A stretch of 64,000 nt of DNA, taken from assembly GCA_002269645.1 (NCBI GenBank), contig NIVC01000421.1, positions 1 through 64,000 of the forward strand, in the 5' to 3' direction. The notes under the pieces are model-generated. The model saw only the letters and a program-made list of their open reading frames with translations. It ran no database searches and was not told the origin of the DNA. The position numbers and the translations under genes are program-made. Shown piece after piece: positions 57,549 to 64,000 of the stretch; position 1 is the stretch's first letter; each line of letters starts with the position of its first letter. The DNA is from Macrostomum lignano (taxonomy: Eukaryota).

Positions 57549-60500
57549 AGAGAATTTGCAAAGGCCTCAAATCTTAATTTAACATGCATTTACTCCCATC
57601 CTTGTTTGCCTTTTTCCTAACTGTTAACAAGTTTTTGTTTGAGCATGACTTCAAATTTAAGAATCTATGCAAAATAGTTCCGGGAATTGGAATTCAGTGG
57701 TTTCAAAATCTGTGGGTTTTCACAGCTTGTATCTCTACTGGATTTGTATTCTGCATCTGATGAGCCATCTGAATCAGGGCTCTCATCTTCCATGCCAAAT
57801 CGTCTAGCAAGTGAAATTATTCTTGAGCTATAGGCCACACTGTATTCAATTCACTTACTTCTAGACATTCATGAATCATGACTTTTGTCTTTACATGTCT
57901 TTACTCATTGTCATCATTACTAATTGCCTCAGGCCGCCACTATGATATACTGATTAGCTGAAATAAAAACCGCGAAATCTGCACTAATTAGCTGGCGAGG
58001 CATTTAGCCTTTAAAATATGGTCATAGTTACTCCTGCCGTTTACCCACAATTCTTTGTTTAGCTTTCTTACATAGGTAAGTCGCATTTTTGATCGAAAAC
58101 TAAGTCGCACGGCCAGCATAATTTCAGAAGTTGCGCATGTATGATTCTAATCAAGTCATTTGCTTTGTAGCACCCAATTATGGCTAGAAAGTTTGAACTA
58201 AACAGCATGTCTTCATTTGTCCCTGTATCTTTTATTTTCATTATGAGTTTAAACTAACTAAAGCTGGTAGATAGAATTTAGACATGATTTATGTGTTTAT
58301 TGCTTAGCATTTTTTATTAGCTTGTATTACTTGTATTATAATTAATGCAAAGTATAAAGGGTGTTTCAAAAGAAATAAATGAGAATGCAACTCATTCGCC
58401 TTCAAAAGGATGGATTTTTGGTCAAATTTAACCAGATAATAGCTATAAGTATTATACAATCCACACTCCGGATCATTTAGTATATGCCCAAAAATTCAGG
58501 CATGCATTGGCCTTGCATACCAAAATTAGGCGTGCACAGTTGGTGTGCATCACTCCTAAGAAAATAGTATGCACCTAGTGCACCTAGTGTGCACTTTATA
58601 GAATCATGTGTAAGAATTATTGTAAAGTAGAAAAAAATAAAAAAAGTTCGTTTTTAAGCGTAAATTTCAAGCTTTCCGGTTTTTTCCAGCTTGTAAGACT
58701 ATTTAAACAAATTTTTGCATGTATAAACTTTCCGCTGTAAATAGTATTGCCGAAAAAGCTTTAAAAGTAACAAAGTTATCTAATATTAAGGGTCTATTAC
58801 GCAATTTAAAAAAGGTCTTTTATTGTCACAATGTAAAAAAGGTAATTTATTGTTGCAACACTGGCATATTTTTGAGAATGGGTGTGGAACTAAATTTTTT
58901 TTGGTGTGCATTTGTAATTATTCAATTTTTGTTCAGGCGTGCACCCAGCATGATCCGGACTATGGTATACAATAGTTATACAATACTAGGTTACACAAAT
59001 AACAAAGTTTCTATACAGACTGTATAGACTATATAATACAGTCTATTGTAAAACCTCATGGGCCCTAAATAAAAAACATGACTGCTGGTCATGCATTGCA
59101 AACAACTTTTGTGGCAGCTAAAAAATATTCTTATATAGATGGCACCTCCATGAGGGGTGAGGCTATGGCCTAGGATTAGAAACACTTACTTTTAAACTAG
59201 TAGTAAGGCCTATGCTATGCCTATACTTTTTGTTTTTTTCTAATGACAATGACTTGTTTTAGTAATGTAAGACCAAGATGGCCACACACCAAGATGGCCA
59301 CAGCATTGAATCTCTATTATTATAGGCCTATTATTATATTATTATATTATATTAGGGGCGGGGGCTAACTCCATTGACCATTAATTAAAAAATTTACTCG
59401 TCTTCCACAAGAAAACAACAAAAAATCGCTTTCAAGTTTACGATGCAACTGCTTTCGGCAATGTGCATGCCGTATAGCACGTGGTAGCTCCGACGTCAGT
59501 GATCCGACATAAATCGAAGTAGTACCTTGTTTCCTAGTCTTGAATTGCGTCCCGCTGGGAAAAAACTGACTTACTGCGCCAGGTCGAAGAGCCAAGTAAC
59601 CTGGCGCATTTGTCACCAACTTGGGCCATGGGTTGTTCGTATGTAAAAAAACAAAGTTTTAGTGGTATGCTTTTATAAAAGTAATTTAGTGTTCTGTAAC
59701 AGTTATAAGTAAATAAAGATGTTTATTACATTTTACCTTCCAATAGGTAAAATCAAATAATTATCCAGTTACTGAGATCGGTGAATTTTTTAAAAAACTT
59801 AATCGTGCAAGTGATAATTAACGCGCGCGCGCGATTTGCGATCCGAATGATCAATGAATATTTTATAGCTAACTTAAATTAAGCTTTGATTACTTGAAGA
59901 GTGTAATTCCATACATAATTTTGTTGTGAAATACGTAATTTGACAATTCATGAAAACTGAAAAGCACCATTTTTGTCTATACTGTCTACTTTTATATATA
60001 TATAATACATTATTTATTGTTCACATCATTATCTTATTCGCAAAGCTGACTTAAAGACCCTATGCATATAAAATACATCTTAAGTCTGTTAGCTTTGTCT
60101 CAAGATGCAAATATATCATTGCATTTAAGTATAATTGCAAAGCTGATTGTTCCTTATAACCTCTAGACAGAGTAATTTAATTTCATTACTGGGATAGATC
60201 ATTGGAGCTGTTTATTCTATGTCATGTGTGTGAACCTAATGTATTTGATATGCTTTTAAATTTTGAAAATATAAACCAGAGTAGATTTAAAGTGTAGGCC
60301 CCAAATGTTTAGATACTCGAATATAATTCAGTGTTGCAAAAAGATAAAAAGTAATTTGAACCTAAAAAGTGAAAATGAAATGGAAATGAAAAACTATATC
60401 GATGATAATTGTGGTATATATACATATATATGTATTATTAGTACTAATTTACTACTAATATTAAATTGGGGCATATTATCATTAGTATTAGTATTTATAT

Positions 60501-61025
60501 ATTTGGATTTACTATTATGTAGTGTTGCTGAGAAGTTGCTATTAGATATGCAATAATTATGTATTGTATTGCTTATTGTATTGCAAATACTTTAGACACA
60601 TTAGGACACTTTAATTAAAGCTATACTAGTTTGCCTAATCTTGTTCTTTGCTATATGTCGATATTTACAACGAAGTGTTGGTATTTATTGATGAATTCAA
60701 ATTAGCTTTATGAAATTTTTAATACTTTTCTTAATGTATTTTAAATGCTAAAAGTAATGGCTTAACATGTTTAGAAGTTTAACATGTTTCTGTCTGTCTG
60801 ATTATATGTTCATTGTCAAGTTGTGCTTCCTCTTTATTTTTTGCAAAAAATTTTTTGCTAAATATATAATTTAATATAATAAACAAATTCATCAGATGCA
60901 AACATTGTACAACCAATTATTTCCTTTAGATGTATACTATTCATTTGCTATAATTTTATATTGAAACACAAGTTTGATTTATTCACTATATTAATGTATG
61001 AAATGTCACATACTACCGCCAGATA

Positions 61026-64000
61026 ATGTTTCATGGACGGTCAGTTCCAACTGACAAGAGAGTCAGCTACTGGACTCAGCGCCGTCGTCGATTGGCTAGT
61101 CAAGCTGCCTCTGGTGCTGCTCAGCAAGGTGATTCGGCGGCCCCTGACTCCAATGTATTCTCTGAAGCAGCAGGTTCTTCCCGAAAACAATTCCGTAGGA
61201 TGGAGGATAAGCAAAATTGTGGAACACCTATGTGGCCTGAGTTAGAGGATGAGCATGAGTTAGAGCCAGAGCGTGAGCATGGTTTAGAGCCAGAGCGTGA
61301 GCATGGGTTAGAGCCAGAGCGTGAGCATGGTTTAGAGCCAGAGCGTGAGCATGGGTTAGAGCCAGAGCGTGAGCATGGGTTAGAGCCAGAGCGTGAGCAT
61401 GGGTTAGAGCCAGAGCGTGAGCATGGTTTAGAGCCAGAGCGTGAGCATGGGTTAGAGCCAGAGCGTGAGCATGGTTTAGAGCCAGAGCGTGAGCATGGGT
61501 TAGAGCCAGAGCGTGAGCATGGGTTAGAGCCAGAGCGTGAGCATGGTTTAGAGCCAGAGCGTGAGCATGGGTTAGAGCCAGAGCGTGAGCATGGTTTAGA
61601 GCCAGAGCGTGAGCATGGGTTAGAGCCAGAGCGTGAGCATGGGTTAGAGCCAGAGCGTGAGCATGTGTTAGAGCCAGAGCGTGAGCATGGGTTAGAGCCA
61701 GAGCGTGAGCATGGTTTAGAGCCAGAGCGTGAGCATGGGTTAGAGCCAGAGCGTGAGCATGGGTTAGAGCCAGAGCGTGAGCATGGGTTAGAGCCAGAGC
61801 GTGAGCATGGGTTAGAGCCAGAGCGTGAGCATGGGTTAGAGCCAGAGCGTGAGCATGGGTTAGAGCCAGAGCGTGAGCATGAGTTAGATGGGTTGGAGCA
61901 ACCGCAGCAGGAGTCTCATGTGGATGGCGAGCTGGAGCCAGAGGACGTGATGGTTGCAGTTTTTGGCTCGGATGAGTCTTCGACTGCAGACACAGACAGC
62001 TTTGTCGAAGAAATGTCAGAGCCAGAACGGACAAACGAGGAGCCACTTGATGATCCGGCAGATGATCCCGAGCCCGCTGGGATGGGTGCTGCATTGTATC
62101 CCGAGTGCCGATCGACTAAATTACAGTGCGCTATCATCTTGGCCGAGTGTTCAGCGAGGTTGGGACTGTCTCGGGCTGAGACCAGCGATTGGCTCCGAGC
62201 CAGCGAATGTCTGCTTCCACCGGGCACAACATCGTTTAAGAGCAGCTACGACCTCTGGTGGCACTTCCCTCGGCCTCGCATCAGCCAGAAGTTCATTTAC
62301 TGCAGTGAGTGCAGCAATGAGCTGGAAGAAGGATTAGCCTGTCAATCATGTGACGCGACAACAAAGATTGACTTCATGGTCTTTGACATTCGGCAACAAC
62401 TGCGTGCTGTTTTACAATCTAATGTTCATGAGTGCATCACGTTCCCCATTGACTGCACTGCCGATGGCTCCCATAGTTCGATGGCGAACAGTACCATGTA
62501 CCGTTCACTGATTGATCGATTTGGCAGGGAGCGTCTGGAGCGTAAGACTGACCTGACGTATTCTCTGTCTATGGATGCGTTCCCATTGTTTTCAACTAGT
62601 CCCTTCAGCATCACACCTGTGTATCTCACCATAAATGAAATGCCACGTGACTTGCAGCTTACCAATTCAGTACTTGTGGGGCTGTGGTACGGCAACGGCA
62701 AAAAGGCCAATTGCAATTTGTTCCTGCCAAAGGTAATTGATGCACTGAATTCGATTGCAGAAGTTGGCTTCATTGTGGTACGCGAGGGAATTGAGCAACG
62801 TATGTATATGCACCCATTGAAGTTTCTGATGGACGCCCCTCAGCGTGCGGATGCTTTAAAGCTGCAGCAGTTCAATGGGATGCATGGGTGCGACAACTGC
62901 TACCATCAGTCTTTCCCTATTCCAGGACGAGAGGCAGCTCGATATTACCCTGTGCACTGCCCTGTCGAAGCAGAGATTTGCTCAACGCTTCTTGACTATG
63001 GATGCCAACCGCAAAAGAATTTGCTACGCTCTGCATCGGACACCTTCCAGTTGGCCGAGTCTGTGAGTGAGCAGCGCATGCGGCAGCCGCTCCTCGGCGT
63101 GAAGGGATTATCTTGCTTGAGCCAATTACGAGGCTTCGATTTTATTGTACAAACCCCGCCCTGTTCGTTGCACGCGCTTTATCTGGGTCTGCAGCGCTGG
63201 CTCATGCGCGTGCTGTTCCTGCCATCAACAGACAAAGAGCGCCCTAAGTTGCAGCGCTTTGACAGCCCAAATTTGCACCACATCCTCACAGAGGTAGACG
63301 TTGCTGTCAAAGCCGTCGTGCTGCCGAGTGCTGCGGTCCAACGCACCCCGGCGCGTTCGCTGTGTGACCTTGAGCATTTCAGGGGTCACGAGTACCAAGT
63401 CTGGCTGTTAGTTCTTGGACCACTGGTTCTTCGTCTCTATGTTGACGACATTCTGTACGACGCCGTCGTGATGCTCTCCAGTGCCTGTTATTGGCTCACA
63501 CTGCCTGGAGCTCCACAGATGGAAGTGGAACGCGCGCAACATTCCCTAAGTGTTGCACAGGATCTGTTCAAGCGTCACTTCGGCGAGTCGTTTCTCACGT
63601 ACAACTCTCATCAAGTTTTCCACCATCTAGTTGCCGCTGTGATCAACTTCGGGCCACTGGGGGATCTGAGCGCAGGAATTTACGAAACATGCCACCAGAG
63701 GCTGCGATCGATGATTCATGGATGCCAAAAAATGGACGTAGAAATTCGAAACAGAATCAGTCGGCGACTAGGCATGCTGCAGCTGAAAGAGACACTACCT
63801 GCAGAGATGAGGCTGCAAATCCGTGAAGCGCAACGGCGCCCGGTACGGAAGACTGCGGCAGGAATTGAATTTTCCGGTGCGAACCCTGCCAAACTGGTTA
63901 AAGCTATCATTCCAACTTCAATGGGGCGCTTGCAAGTCCAATGCTTCCGTAGGGATCGTAGAATCCGGCCATCAAATGCATTCTTGCAATTCAAACACCC
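61026..64000 (+). CDS. CACTA/EnSpm DDE transposase, 3' truncated by the window end (absent from the ORF track because there is no stop)
   Basis: Hand translation from the ATG at 61026 stays open to the window end. It includes a YCSEC...CQSC zinc ribbon, SMDAFPLF, YLTINEMP, MDAPQRA, QFNGMHGCDNC, LHALYLG, YNSHQVFHH and GIYETCHQ. Confidence 0.88.
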   Translation, partial: MFHGRSVPTDKRVSYWTQRRRRLASQAASGAAQQGDSAAPDSNVFSEAAGSSRKQFRRMEDKQNCGTPMWPELEDEHELEPEREHGLEPEREHGLEPEREHGLEPEREHGLEPEREHGLEPEREHGLEPEREHGLEPEREHGLEPEREHGLEPEREHGLEPEREHGLEPEREHGLEPEREHGLEPEREHGLEPEREHGLEPEREHGLEPEREHVLEPEREHGLEPEREHGLEPEREHGLEPEREHGLEPEREHGLEPEREHGLEPEREHGLEPEREHGLEPEREHELDGLEQPQQESHVDGELEPEDVMVAVFGSDESSTADTDSFVEEMSEPERTNEEPLDDPADDPEPAGMGAALYPECRSTKLQCAIILAECSARLGLSRAETSDWLRASECLLPPGTTSFKSSYDLWWHFPRPRISQKFIYCSECSNELEEGLACQSCDATTKIDFMVFDIRQQLRAVLQSNVHECITFPIDCTADGSHSSMANSTMYRSLIDRFGRERLERKTDLTYSLSMDAFPLFSTSPFSITPVYLTINEMPRDLQLTNSVLVGLWYGNGKKANCNLFLPKVIDALNSIAEVGFIVVREGIEQRMYMHPLKFLMDAPQRADALKLQQFNGMHGCDNCYHQSFPIPGREAARYYPVHCPVEAEICSTLLDYGCQPQKNLLRSASDTFQLAESVSEQRMRQPLLGVKGLSCLSQLRGFDFIVQTPPCSLHALYLGLQRWLMRVLFLPSTDKERPKLQRFDSPNLHHILTEVDVAVKAVVLPSAAVQRTPARSLCDLEHFRGHEYQVWLLVLGPLVLRLYVDDILYDAVVMLSSACYWLTLPGAPQMEVERAQHSLSVAQDLFKRHFGESFLTYNSHQVFHHLVAAVINFGPLGDLSAGIYETCHQRLRSMIHGCQKMDVEIRNRISRRLGMLQLKETLPAEMRLQIREAQRRPVRKTAAGIEFSGANPAKLVKAIIPTSMGRLQVQCFRRDRRIRPSNAFLQFKH
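61260..61880 (+). repeat. 24-bp coding minisatellite TTAGAGCCAGAGCGTGAGCATGG(G/T), ~26 copies
   Basis: Direct reading; translates as LEPEREHG in the transposase frame. Confidence 0.97.

Larger units (their letters stand above)
55600..58143. mobile_element. 2.5-kb non-autonomous TIR element upstream of TOP1
   Basis: Perfect 15-bp TIR CATACATGCGCAACT / AGTTGCGCATGTATG and 3-bp TSD ATT (55597-55599, 58144-58146). The AAGTCGCA motif occurs near both ends. Confidence 0.78.

Noticed and set aside
57660-57792. Upstream TOP1 coding exon (MEDESPDSDGSS...)
   Set aside because: It is a short ORF inside the 55600-58143 element with no convincing donor in the required phase, and TOP1 is already full length without it.
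58467-58959. MITE bounded by TCCGGATCAT/ATGATCCGGA
   Set aside because: The inverted repeat is only 10 bp and no TSD was found; insufficient support.

Overview
Eukaryotic, probably invertebrate animal, genomic DNA: GT-AG introns, AT-rich intergenic DNA and many repeats. The species cannot be named from sequence alone. Left to right: (1) the end of a ~183-bp satellite array (1-4980) that mixes two monomer variants and finishes in a fold-back junction; (2) a CACTA/EnSpm-type transposase (minus strand) head-to-head with a 5-exon DUF4806-like partner gene carrying ~24 in-frame AEAKAA repeats; (3) a tandem array of four diverged paralogous ~1080-1200 aa TPR-like genes (16452-44223, minus strand). 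These share one exon/phase architecture, a length-invariant but sequence-hypervariable 94-nt exon, a conserved uncharacterised C-terminal domain and an apparent gene-conversion tract. MITEs, a triple-nested transposon stack and two solo LTRs lie within and between them; (4) a complete 5-exon DNA topoisomerase IB gene (747 aa) whose introns hold three different minisatellites and a tRNA-derived SINE; (5) a 2.5-kb TIR element; (6) a second CACTA/EnSpm transposase with ~26 in-frame LEPEREHG repeats, running off the right edge. All gene models were spliced by hand and family assignments rest on motif recognition. No database searches were run.
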